A stretch of 64,000 bases of DNA from assembly GCA_963715195.1 (NCBI GenBank), contig CAVQRT010000007.1:32001-96000 (forward strand), written 5' to 3'. The notes beneath the pieces are model-generated. The model was given only the letters and a program-made list of their open reading frames with translations. It had not been told where the DNA came from and ran no database searches. Of the stretch, positions 1 through 10,737 are shown piece after piece (position 1 is the first letter of the stretch; every line of letters begins with the position of its first letter). The translations under genes and the position numbers were made by a program. The stretch comes from Thermodesulfovibrionales bacterium (GTDB lineage Bacteria > Nitrospirota > Thermodesulfovibrionia > Thermodesulfovibrionales > SM23-35).

Positions 1-428
1 TTTATCCGGACATCCATAAGGCTCTCTGCTATGTTTATGGGAACACCATAGAGGTGAAGGATGTCGGATTGCATGCTCATGACGGAATAGAGATCAGCCA
101 GGGCCTTTCCTGATGGATGATGTGACAGGAGAAGGTCGATTTTTGTTCCTTTTGATCTCAGCGTATCTGCAAGCAGGATCTCACCTACATCGATATCGAT
201 ACCGGCGAGGATGTTCTGTACGTCATGTTCCGCATGACCATGGAGGATCCTGGAGTCGGAGTAAGGATTTCTCAGTGATTCAGTATCAAATAATTCTCTG
301 TCACGCGCGCTCAGTTCGTCAAACGCTTGTTTGCGGCGCGCCAATTCCTGCAGCACGGCATCTTTTGTACGGGGATCATTATTTATGCCGATCTCAATTG
401 CGGTTGTGTAAAAATCACCGAGCTTCAT
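1..428 (-). CDS. NIF3/NGG1p-interacting factor-like protein, N-terminal part (runs off the window's left edge)
   Basis: Manual translation from ATG at 428: MKLGDFYTTAIEIGINNDPR...NPYSDSRILHG...ILAGIDIDVGEILLAD...DLLLSHHPSG; open to position 1; GID and HHP motifs typical of NIF3-like proteins. Absent from the ORF track because there is no stop in the window. Confidence 0.75.
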   Translation of the reverse strand, partial: MKLGDFYTTAIEIGINNDPRTKDAVLQELARRKQAFDELSARDRELFDTESLRNPYSDSRILHGHAEHDVQNILAGIDIDVGEILLADTLRSKGTKIDLLLSHHPSGKALADLYSVMSMQSDILHLYGVPINIAESLMDVRI

Positions 429-563
429 ACGGTTATCAGGAGGCTGAATCTGTCTGCCTGTTTTTCTGAACTGCCATGGTTACCAGCAACTCCTTAATCC
501 GAAAACAGTTCGTTGAGTTGAGCGTCGTAAAGAAATACGTATTGAAACGGAGGGAAAGCGTCA

Positions 564-761
564 TTACCGGACCGCTACCCTGACTTTTCTGACAGATTTT
601 TTACGGGCAGCGATCGCCTTTTTCTTTCTTTTAACACTGGGCTTTTCGTAATGTTCTCGTTTCTTTACCTCAGAAAGAATACCTTCTTTTTCGCACTGTT
701 TTTTGAATTTTTTCAGAGCAATTTCGAAAGAGTCGCTCTCCTTGACCCTCACATAGGGCAT
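564..761 (-). CDS. rpsU: 30S ribosomal protein S21
   Basis: 65 aa, [48 protein letters not shown] upstream. Confidence 0.97.
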   Translation of the reverse strand: MPYVRVKESDSFEIALKKFKKQCEKEGILSEVKKREHYEKPSVKRKKKAIAARKKSVRKVRVAVR

Positions 762-968
762 CCATATACCCCTCCTCCCTGAATGAAAATTGCGGTTAAT
801 TGTAACAATTTGGCATTTCCCCTGTCAATTTACGTTATTGCAAAAATTCACTCCTTATGATAAAGTTCAATACTCGTAAAACAGCAGGGGGGCATGGTCG
901 CAGTATCAATTCTTTGAACGTTCCGGTTGCCGGCCGATTTCATCAGATCTTATGAGACAGAGTTTACC

Positions 969-1973
969 GTGAGCAAAAAAACCACAATCAATCCTCCGCA
1001 GATTATGGGGAAGAGCCCCGGGATCCATAAACTATTCGAACAAATCAGCAGAATTGCCTCTAAGGACGCACCGGTTCTCATTTCGGGTGAACAGGGAACC
1101 TGCAAGGGGCTTGTTGCCAAACTAATCCATGATAACAGCCTCCGTCAAAAAGGTCCTTTTATCGTGATCGATCTTGCATCGGTTCCCGTGGATCTGGCAG
1201 ATGCTGCATTGCTCGGTCCTGAAAGAAAAGCAGCGGCAGAAAGTATTGAACAGATACCGGGAAGGCTTGATGAGGCAGGCGGCGGGACACTGTTTGTAGA
1301 AGAAATCTTTATGGCAGGTGCAAACCTCAGGGACAAGATGATTCGCCTTATCCGGGACAGAGGGATAAAATTGAATGACCACGATGGAGTACCGTCAGAT
1401 GTAAGAATTATTGCGACAACATCGAGGAATCTTAATGAATTCGTCAAGAAACGACAGTCCCTGTATGATCTTTTCAGGGTATTTCACGGTGGGCATCTCA
1501 GGATTCCTCCTCTCAGAGAGCGGAAGGAGGATATCCTGCCGCTCGTGGAATATTTTATGAAAGAATCGGCACGGAAATTTGATACAGGGCAGAAGGAGCT
1601 CTCAAAAGATGCGAAAGCTTATCTGCTGAAATACGAATGGCCAGGCAATGTGCGCGAGCTCGAACATATGACCAGGAGAGCAATGATCTCGTCCCAGGGG
1701 CCTCTGCTGGAAAGGAGAGACCTCATCATGGCGGACATTGATTCCTGTTCAATCAGGGATTTTCTCGAGGAGAAACTGAAGCGCTATCTGAAAGAGATGA
1801 TGAAGCTCGAAACCTGTAATCTCTATCATACCGTCCTCTCCGAAGCCGAACGGTCGCTCGTTGCGATTGTCCTTCAGGAGACGGGGGGAAACCAACTGAA
1901 GGCTGCAAATACCCTCGGAATCAACCGGAACACCTTACGGTCGAAGATCAAAGAATACAAAATCCGCATGTAA
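969..1973 (+). CDS. Sigma-54 interaction (AAA+) domain + Fis-type HTH regulator, degenerate NtrC-like
   Basis: WPGNVRELE sensor II, DVRIIATT, C-terminal GGNQLKAANTLGINRNTLRSKI HTH; Walker A GEQGTCK and GAFTGA loop are degenerate; GTG 969 chosen as start (ORF track starts at 927). Confidence 0.85.
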   Translation: MSKKTTINPPQIMGKSPGIHKLFEQISRIASKDAPVLISGEQGTCKGLVAKLIHDNSLRQKGPFIVIDLASVPVDLADAALLGPERKAAAESIEQIPGRLDEAGGGTLFVEEIFMAGANLRDKMIRLIRDRGIKLNDHDGVPSDVRIIATTSRNLNEFVKKRQSLYDLFRVFHGGHLRIPPLRERKEDILPLVEYFMKESARKFDTGQKELSKDAKAYLLKYEWPGNVRELEHMTRRAMISSQGPLLERRDLIMADIDSCSIRDFLEEKLKRYLKEMMKLETCNLYHTVLSEAERSLVAIVLQETGGNQLKAANTLGINRNTLRSKIKEYKIRM

Positions 1974-2062
1974 TTCCCCGCTTCAGAATGGTGTACAGAA
2001 ATCGCTGTTTTTGCGAACTATAAAAAATGTGACCGGTAAAATACCTGCAAAGGAGTTCTGTA

Positions 2063-3520
2063 ATGAAAAGGAAATACGTATTGCCTGGATTGGTTGCACT
2101 ATTTTTGCTTGTTGTAGCCGTTTTAGGGATATCTTTCGCAGCCGGGAATGAAAGTGACGGGGCTGGAATTCTTTCGACCGGTATCGAAGACCAGACCGGC
2201 GTTGCACTGACCGTTTATAATGTCAACCTCGGGCTGGTGAAAGACCAGCGTGCGATTCAACTCCCAACGGGCACAGGGGAATTACTGTTTATGGACGTGG
2301 CGTCACAGATCATACCGACGAGCGTTCATATGAGATCGCTTGCAGACCCCGACAGTCTTCAGGTTCTTGAACAGAACTATGAGTATGATCTTCTGAACCC
2401 CCAGAAACTGCTCGACAAATATGTGGGCAAAGAAGTAAAGCTTTACTACAAGAATCCCTATTCGGAGAGGGAGGAGATTCTGAATGCGACACTCCTGTCG
2501 AATAACGGAGGTCCGATATTCAGAATCGGCGATGAGATAACGTTCGGGCATCCTGGCAGGGTGGTCTTTCCGGGAGTCCCTGAAAACCTCATTTCGAAAC
2601 CGACTCTTGTCTGGTTGATCCGGAATAGTCTCTCATCTGCCCAGAACATCGAAGCTTCATATCTTACCAACAACATAAACTGGCGGGCGGATTATGTTGT
2701 TACCCTGAATGATGCCGATGACAGGGCAGATCTTTCCGGATGGGTTACTATTGACAATAGGAGCGGAACGACGTACCGGAATGCCAGACTCAAGCTCGTT
2801 GCGGGGGATGTGCACAGGGTGCAGGACGAATCCGGGTATAGAGACAAAATGATGCGGGCAGCCGAGATTGCAGCGAAGGTTACCCCCCAGTTCAAGGAGG
2901 AAGAGTTTTTTGAATATCACATCTATACCCTGGAACGACCGTCAACGATCAAGGAGAATCAGACGAAGCAGATTTCGCTCGTCAATGCCGATGCGATACC
3001 GGTTCGAAAAGAACTCATGTATCATGGAGCGGCACTGTATTATTACAACCGCTACGGAGATGCGATGACCAATCAGAAAGTGGATGTGTTTGTAGAGATT
3101 GATAACAGGAAGGAAAACAATTTGGGCATTCCGTTGCCGAGAGGTACCGTTCGTGTTTACAAGTATGACAAAGAAAAGACCCTGCAATTTATCGGAGAAG
3201 ATTCCGTTGAGCATACGCCAAAAGATGAAAAGGTCAGGATAAAGCTCGGCTATGCCTTTGATGTGGTTGGGAGCAGAAAACAGACAGACTGGAAGAAAGT
3301 CGCATCTGACACCTACGAGGCAGGCTTTGAGATCTTACTCAGAAACCATAAGAAAGAGGATGTTGTGGTAAAGGTTGTTGAGCCGATACCCGGCGACTGG
3401 ACGATGCTCAGTTCATCACACCAGTATAAAAAGACGGAGGCATTTACCGCCGAATTCATCATTCCGGTGCCGAAAGACAAGGAGATGAAAATAACCTACA
3501 GAGTGAGGATGAGGTTTTAA
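2063..3520 (+). CDS. Secreted DUF4139-domain protein
   Basis: Signal peptide; ALTVYNVNLGLVKDQR, LEQNYEYDLL, SYLTNNINWRADY, EYHIYTL, PLPRGTVRVY motifs. Confidence 0.8.
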   Translation: MKRKYVLPGLVALFLLVVAVLGISFAAGNESDGAGILSTGIEDQTGVALTVYNVNLGLVKDQRAIQLPTGTGELLFMDVASQIIPTSVHMRSLADPDSLQVLEQNYEYDLLNPQKLLDKYVGKEVKLYYKNPYSEREEILNATLLSNNGGPIFRIGDEITFGHPGRVVFPGVPENLISKPTLVWLIRNSLSSAQNIEASYLTNNINWRADYVVTLNDADDRADLSGWVTIDNRSGTTYRNARLKLVAGDVHRVQDESGYRDKMMRAAEIAAKVTPQFKEEEFFEYHIYTLERPSTIKENQTKQISLVNADAIPVRKELMYHGAALYYYNRYGDAMTNQKVDVFVEIDNRKENNLGIPLPRGTVRVYKYDKEKTLQFIGEDSVEHTPKDEKVRIKLGYAFDVVGSRKQTDWKKVASDTYEAGFEILLRNHKKEDVVVKVVEPIPGDWTMLSSSHQYKKTEAFTAEFIIPVPKDKEMKITYRVRMRF

Positions 3521-3548
3521 CCCTGAATTGAGTAAAAAAAGAGTATCA

Positions 3549-5000
3549 CTATTTTTTCCAGAAGTGAGGTACGAAAAGGATAAGCACCGTATATACCTCG
3601 AGTCTCCCGGTAAGCATACAGAATATCAGGATCCATTTCCCCGTTATCGGAATTCCTGCATAATTATCTCCGGGGCCTGCTGAACCTAATGCAGGGCCGA
3701 CATTACACATCGCCGATATCACCGTTGTTGTTGAAGTCACAATATCTTCTCCGGTTGCTGCCATGCCGATGATCGCAATGGTACATACCCCCAAAAAAAG
3801 AAAGACCATGCCCCAGATGCTGCCGAGTATTTCTTTATTGAGGAATTTATTGTCGAGCTTCACGGTTGTAATCGCGCGCGGATGAATGAGCTGATATATC
3901 TCCCTGTATCCCTGTTTGATCGTTAAGAGTATCCTGACCTGCTTGATGCCTCCGCCGGTTGAACCGATCATTCCCCCAAAAAACATCAGGATAATCAGCA
4001 CCACCTGTGCAAGGGGAGCCCATCTCTCATAATCTGCCGTTGCATATCCCGTGGTTGTCATTATTGAGATGACCTGGAAAAGCGAATATCTGAATGAATC
4101 AATGAGCGAATGATAGGAAGACCTCCAGATATTGAACATGATCACAGTTGTTGCGATGATGGTCATAGCTACATAAAACCTGAACTCTCCGCTTTTCCAT
4201 AACCGTGAATACGCTCCCTTGAAAAAATAAAAATACAAAGAATAGTTCACCCCCGCCGTGAACATGAAAAAGCTCGTTATATATTCAATAGAAGGATTCT
4301 GAAACCCCGATATGCTCGCATTTTTCGTTGAAAACCCGCCTGTTGCCATCGTGGTGAATGCATGACAGAGCGCATCGAATACATTCATTCCCGCCAGATA
4401 AAGGAGTGTTGCGTTGAGAGCGGTGAAGGCGAGGTAAATTATCCAGAGTGCCTTGGCTGTGTCGATTATCCGCGGCCTGAGTTTATCGATGTTTATCTCA
4501 GGAACCTCGGCCTTGAAAAGCTGCATACCTCCTGTTCCGAGAAAAGGAAGAACAGCAAGCGCGAACACAATGATCCCCATGCCACCTATCCATTGGGTCA
4601 TACTCCGCCAGAACAGAATTCCCTTTGGCATAACCTCTATGTCAGTCAATACCGATGAACCTGTTGTCGTAAAACCAGCCATTGATTCAAAATATGCATC
4701 GGTAAAGGAACTGAAGGTACCGGACAGGAGGAAGGGAAGTGAACCGCAGAGAGACATGAGCAACCAGGTAAGGGTAACAATGAGAAAAGCCTCTCTGTGC
4801 CTGATATCTTCTTTCTCATTTTTTCTGGTAAGGAAGAAAAGTGAGATTCCTGAACACAAGGTTATTGCACATGACTGGATAAGGGGAATCAAATCGGGGG
4901 AATTGTGCAGCAACGAGACAAAAATCGGAAGCGTCATGAACAATGATAGGAACAACAGAACCATACCGACAAAATTCAGTATTGCCCGAGTGTTCATCAT
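3549..5000 (-). CDS. trkH: Trk potassium uptake membrane protein
   Basis: FESMAGFTTTGS, TMATGGFS, MTTTGY, GSTGGGIK and NVGPALG pore-loop motifs; start trimmed to MMNTRAIL. Confidence 0.95.
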   Translation of the reverse strand: MMNTRAILNFVGMVLLFLSLFMTLPIFVSLLHNSPDLIPLIQSCAITLCSGISLFFLTRKNEKEDIRHREAFLIVTLTWLLMSLCGSLPFLLSGTFSSFTDAYFESMAGFTTTGSSVLTDIEVMPKGILFWRSMTQWIGGMGIIVFALAVLPFLGTGGMQLFKAEVPEINIDKLRPRIIDTAKALWIIYLAFTALNATLLYLAGMNVFDALCHAFTTMATGGFSTKNASISGFQNPSIEYITSFFMFTAGVNYSLYFYFFKGAYSRLWKSGEFRFYVAMTIIATTVIMFNIWRSSYHSLIDSFRYSLFQVISIMTTTGYATADYERWAPLAQVVLIILMFFGGMIGSTGGGIKQVRILLTIKQGYREIYQLIHPRAITTVKLDNKFLNKEILGSIWGMVFLFLGVCTIAIIGMAATGEDIVTSTTTVISAMCNVGPALGSAGPGDNYAGIPITGKWILIFCMLTGRLEVYTVLILFVPHFWKK

Positions 5001-5013
5001 CAACAAAAAGCGT

Positions 5014-6345
5014 TCATCTGAGCATCTTTTCGACGTCCTGTATCGATTCACGGAGGGTGAAGATAATAAGCTTGTCCTCTTCCCGAAAAACGTCCTGACC
5101 GGATGGAATAGTCACCTCATTCCCCCTGATAATAGCTCCGATGATGGATGCTCGTGGTTGCGCTTTTTGGAGTGTTTTTCCGATTAAGGGGGATGTCTTG
5201 CCGATTCTTCCCTCGAGTATTTCCGCCTTGGCACCTGCAATCGCTGTAAGACTGAGGATATCCCCTTTTCTGACATAGCGGAGTATCGTGCCAGCAGTAA
5301 TCAGTCTGGGACTCAGAACAGACTGAATACCCAGACTGTGCGCAAGAGAAATGTAATCGGTCTTGTTGACTAATGTGATCGTCTTTTTTACCCCGAGTTT
5401 CTTTGCGAGAAGGGAAACCATGATATTCAACTCATCGTTATTGGATACCGAAACGAAGACATCCATGTCTCCAATGTTTTCTTCCAGAAGGACCTTTTGT
5501 TCGGTGCCATCTGCATGGAGGATAAGGGACTTGCCGAGATTCTGACTGAGAAATTTGCACCGCTCCTCATTTTTCTCAATGATTTTGACGTCGGCCTTAT
5601 CCTCGATGCGGGAAGCGATGTGGTGACCTGTTCTGCCTCCGCCCAGTATCATTACCTTTTTTACCGGGCTCATCGTGATACCGAGCAGAGCTATTGTCTC
5701 CTGTAATTCAGCAGGCATGACCGGTACATAGATGATGTCTCCCCGAATCACAAAATCGTCTCCTGAAGGGACAAATGTTTTCTCGTCCCTTACAATGAGA
5801 CCTATGAGAAATTTACTGCCGTTGTTGCTTCTGAAGGATTTCAGGGGTTTACCGATCAGTGTCGAGGTTTCAGGAATTTTAAATCCTATGACTTTGACAA
5901 GCCCGCCCTCAAAATCTTCGATTTCCGATGCGAAGGGAGCTTCAAGAATTCTTACAATCGCGGTTGCTATTTCGAGTTCGGGATTGATTGCAGGATCGAT
6001 ATCAAGGGTTTGGAGGAGACGCTCATTTGAGAAGTAATCAGGGTTGCGAATCCGGGCTATTTTCCTGGGGATGCCGAACATCGCCTTTGCAAGGAGACAT
6101 GCAATCATATTCGTTTCGTCCTGATCGGTGACCGCAAGGAGAATATCCGCCCTGTCTGCTTCAGCTTCCCTCAGGGACGATGGTGAGCCCCCTTCTCCGT
6201 CTACGACCGCAATATCGATTTCTTCTGAAATGCGGGATGTCTTGTTCCTGTCCTTATCGATGACTACAACATCAAGCGATTCAAGGGACAGAAACTTTGC
6301 GATCTGGTAGCCTACTTCACCGGCGCCAACAATGATTACCCGCAT
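5014..6345 (-). CDS. trkA: Trk potassium uptake NAD-binding subunit (two RCK modules)
   Basis: GAGEVG and GGGRTG Rossmann motifs, 443 aa, directly upstream of trkH. Confidence 0.95.
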   Translation of the reverse strand: MRVIIVGAGEVGYQIAKFLSLESLDVVVIDKDRNKTSRISEEIDIAVVDGEGGSPSSLREAEADRADILLAVTDQDETNMIACLLAKAMFGIPRKIARIRNPDYFSNERLLQTLDIDPAINPELEIATAIVRILEAPFASEIEDFEGGLVKVIGFKIPETSTLIGKPLKSFRSNNGSKFLIGLIVRDEKTFVPSGDDFVIRGDIIYVPVMPAELQETIALLGITMSPVKKVMILGGGRTGHHIASRIEDKADVKIIEKNEERCKFLSQNLGKSLILHADGTEQKVLLEENIGDMDVFVSVSNNDELNIMVSLLAKKLGVKKTITLVNKTDYISLAHSLGIQSVLSPRLITAGTILRYVRKGDILSLTAIAGAKAEILEGRIGKTSPLIGKTLQKAQPRASIIGAIIRGNEVTIPSGQDVFREEDKLIIFTLRESIQDVEKMLR

Positions 6346-6554
6346 ATTTGTTTATATTACACCAACAACGGTATTATTAATATACTTCTTTCGATGCCTG
6401 TATACAGGAAAGAAAGCGGTTCACGGATTCTATTTTAGACAAAATTATTCAGAATAAACAGGAAAAGATATGCCCTGAATTTACGGGAATGAAATTTCTG
6501 CAGCAGGCGGCGAAAAGCTTTATCCGGTTCGCGAGATGAGTATACGACGTATGA

Positions 6555-8579
<2,025 letters not shown>

Positions 8580-8581
<2 letters not shown>

Positions 8582-8655
8582 ACAGGGTCCAAGGATCCAA
8601 GTGAATTGTGTATTTGCGCTCGAACCCTTGAAGCTTTGACCCCCTGATCCTGTTT
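8580..8655. repeat. Imperfect inverted repeat between the convergent CDF and glnA genes (REP-like, possible bidirectional terminator)
   Basis: aaacagggtccaaggatccaagtga ... tcgaacccttgaagctttgaccccctgatcctgttt; outer arms are complementary. Confidence 0.55.
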
Positions 8656-8656
8656 A

Positions 8657-10012
8657 TTACAGTATTGGTAAATACCGCGCTATCTCGAACGGATGAATCC
8701 TGATGCGGTAATCATCCCACTCCACCTTCTTGCTTGTTATAAACTGTTCAAAGATATGGTCGCCGAGCGTCTCCCTCAGGACTTCGCTTGTTTGTGCATA
8801 CTCTATCGCCCTGTTGAGGCTTCCCGGAAGGGTATCGATATGGAACTTTGCCCGCTCCTCTTCGGAAAGATGATAGACATCCATTTCCATTGGCTCGGGA
8901 AGCTTGTATCCTCTTTCAATCCCTTTGAGTCCTGCATTCAGCATGCATGCAAAGGCAAGATACGGGTTGCAGGACGGATCCGGTGAACGGAGCTCGATAC
9001 GGGTTGCTTTTTCCTTGCCCGGCTTGTAAAGGGGCACCCTCACAAGGGTGGATCGGTTTCTGCGTGCCCAGCAGATGTATACTGGTGCTTCAAACCCCGG
9101 GACGAGCCGTTTATAGGAATTGACCCACTGATTAAGGATCAAGGTGATCTCTTTGACGTGGGTGAGGAGGCCGGCAATGTATCTCTTGGCGGTACCGGAT
9201 AAAAAGTACTGATCTTTCGGATCGAAGAATGCATTCTTTGTACCTTTGAAAAGGGACTGATGCGTATGCATGCCACTGCCGTTCTGTCCATAGATAGGCT
9301 TGGGCATAAAGGTAGCATAGACATTATACTGTTTCGCTATCTCCTTCACGATGATCCGGTGTGTTATTACGATGTCTGCCATGGTGAGGGCATCTGCGTA
9401 TCGCAGATCTATCTCATGCTGTGAATGTGCAACTTCATGATGCGAGTATTCAACCTGAATGCCCATGGTTTCGAGGGCAAGAATCGTATCCCGCCGGAGA
9501 TCCTCGGCAGCGTCGAGTGGATAGTCAAAGTAACCTCCTTCATCGAGTGTTTCTGTGTTTTTGTCGGATTTGAAATAAAAGTATTCGAGCTCCGGTCCGA
9601 CATAAAAAGTAAAACCTTTCTGTTTTGCCTTTTCGAGATTCACTTTGAGAACATACCGGGGGTCTCCTTTATATGGCGAACCGTCCGGTTCATAGATGTC
9701 GCAGAACATCCTTGCCACGGCACGCTCCTTCGGACGCCATGGAAGAATGACAAAGGTGGTTGGATCGGGACGCGCAATCATATCGCTTTCATCGATCCGT
9801 GCAAACCCCTTGATAGAGGAACCGTCGAACCCCATTCCTTCATTGAAGGCAAATTCCAGTTCATCCACCGGAACCGCGAAACTCTTGAGCTGTCCGTGGA
9901 TGTCTGTGAACCAGAGCCGGATGAACTTCACATTGTGCTTCCTGACCAGTTCCATCACATCTTTCTTGTCCCGTGCCTTTGTTGTACCGGTCTTGATCGT
10001 TGCTTTTGCCAT
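8657..10012 (-). CDS. glnA: Glutamine synthetase type I (short GSI-alpha-like form)
   Basis: FDGSSIKGFARIDESD, GPELEYF, HHEVAHSQHEI, ATFMPKP, NGSGMHTHQS, RIELRSPD. Confidence 0.95.
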   Translation of the reverse strand: MAKATIKTGTTKARDKKDVMELVRKHNVKFIRLWFTDIHGQLKSFAVPVDELEFAFNEGMGFDGSSIKGFARIDESDMIARPDPTTFVILPWRPKERAVARMFCDIYEPDGSPYKGDPRYVLKVNLEKAKQKGFTFYVGPELEYFYFKSDKNTETLDEGGYFDYPLDAAEDLRRDTILALETMGIQVEYSHHEVAHSQHEIDLRYADALTMADIVITHRIIVKEIAKQYNVYATFMPKPIYGQNGSGMHTHQSLFKGTKNAFFDPKDQYFLSGTAKRYIAGLLTHVKEITLILNQWVNSYKRLVPGFEAPVYICWARRNRSTLVRVPLYKPGKEKATRIELRSPDPSCNPYLAFACMLNAGLKGIERGYKLPEPMEMDVYHLSEEERAKFHIDTLPGSLNRAIEYAQTSEVLRETLGDHIFEQFITSKKVEWDDYRIRIHPFEIARYLPIL

Positions 10013-10036
10013 ACTGACCTCCTTGATTTCTCTCCG

Positions 10037-10732
10037 TTATCCTTTCCGGAAAAATATTTTATAAAAATTCGTTGCCCTGCCTGTATATTCATGCTTAATG
10101 TTTACGGTTTCCTCAATCATCCTGTCCAGATCAGGCATTCCCTCAAACCATTGCATGATCATGTCTTGTGTGACCTCTACATGAAACTGAAACCCGTAAA
10201 TCTTATCCCCTGATCTGAACGCCTGATTTTTGTAGCGCGCAGAACTGGCGAGCAATGCAGACCCCGGTGGAAGGGAGAACGTATCGCTATGCCAGTGGAA
10301 TACTCTGAATCTCCTCCAGAAATCTCCGACATCCGGATGAACAGCAAGTTTTCTCATCAATGGATCTTTTAATCCTTCTCCTGTCAGTTCAATGTGATGC
10401 CATCCGATTTCTTTTTCCTGCCCGGGATACACTTCAGCGCCCAGACAATGCGCGAGCAGCTGAGCACCGAGACATATTCCCAGAATCTTTAAGTCTCTGT
10501 TGATTGCTTCCCTGATGATGCGCGATGCAGCCATAATATGGGGGTATGCTTCCATGTCATATACTCCCATTGGCCCCCCCAGTATGACGAGGGCATTGTA
10601 CGGTTCCAGTGAAGGAGGGATATGACCCAGCCCCAGTTCAATAATATCAAACGGGATATCTGCTGTCAGGAGGAACTGCTCTATTGTCCCCGGACCTTCA
10701 GTCTCTATGTTTTTAAGAATCAAGACTGCCAT
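10037..10732 (-). CDS. Class I glutamine amidotransferase-like protein (stand-alone)
   Basis: LGGPMGVYD, GICLGAQ nucleophile Cys, QFHVE His-Glu. Confidence 0.9.
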   Translation of the reverse strand: MAVLILKNIETEGPGTIEQFLLTADIPFDIIELGLGHIPPSLEPYNALVILGGPMGVYDMEAYPHIMAASRIIREAINRDLKILGICLGAQLLAHCLGAEVYPGQEKEIGWHHIELTGEGLKDPLMRKLAVHPDVGDFWRRFRVFHWHSDTFSLPPGSALLASSARYKNQAFRSGDKIYGFQFHVEVTQDMIMQWFEGMPDLDRMIEETVNIKHEYTGRATNFYKIFFRKG

Positions 10733-10737
10733 GGTAT

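Noticed and set aside
113..469. 118-aa plus-strand ORF
   Set aside because: Antisense shadow of the NIF3-like gene on the minus strand.
800..910. Sigma-54 promoter (TGGCAT at about 810)
   Set aside because: The -12 GC element is missing.
8657..10012. GlnA as a gamma-glutamyl-polyamine ligase (PuuA-like)
   Set aside because: Ammonium-site residues of true GS (FDGSS, GGYF Tyr, flap Glu in PGFEAP) are retained.
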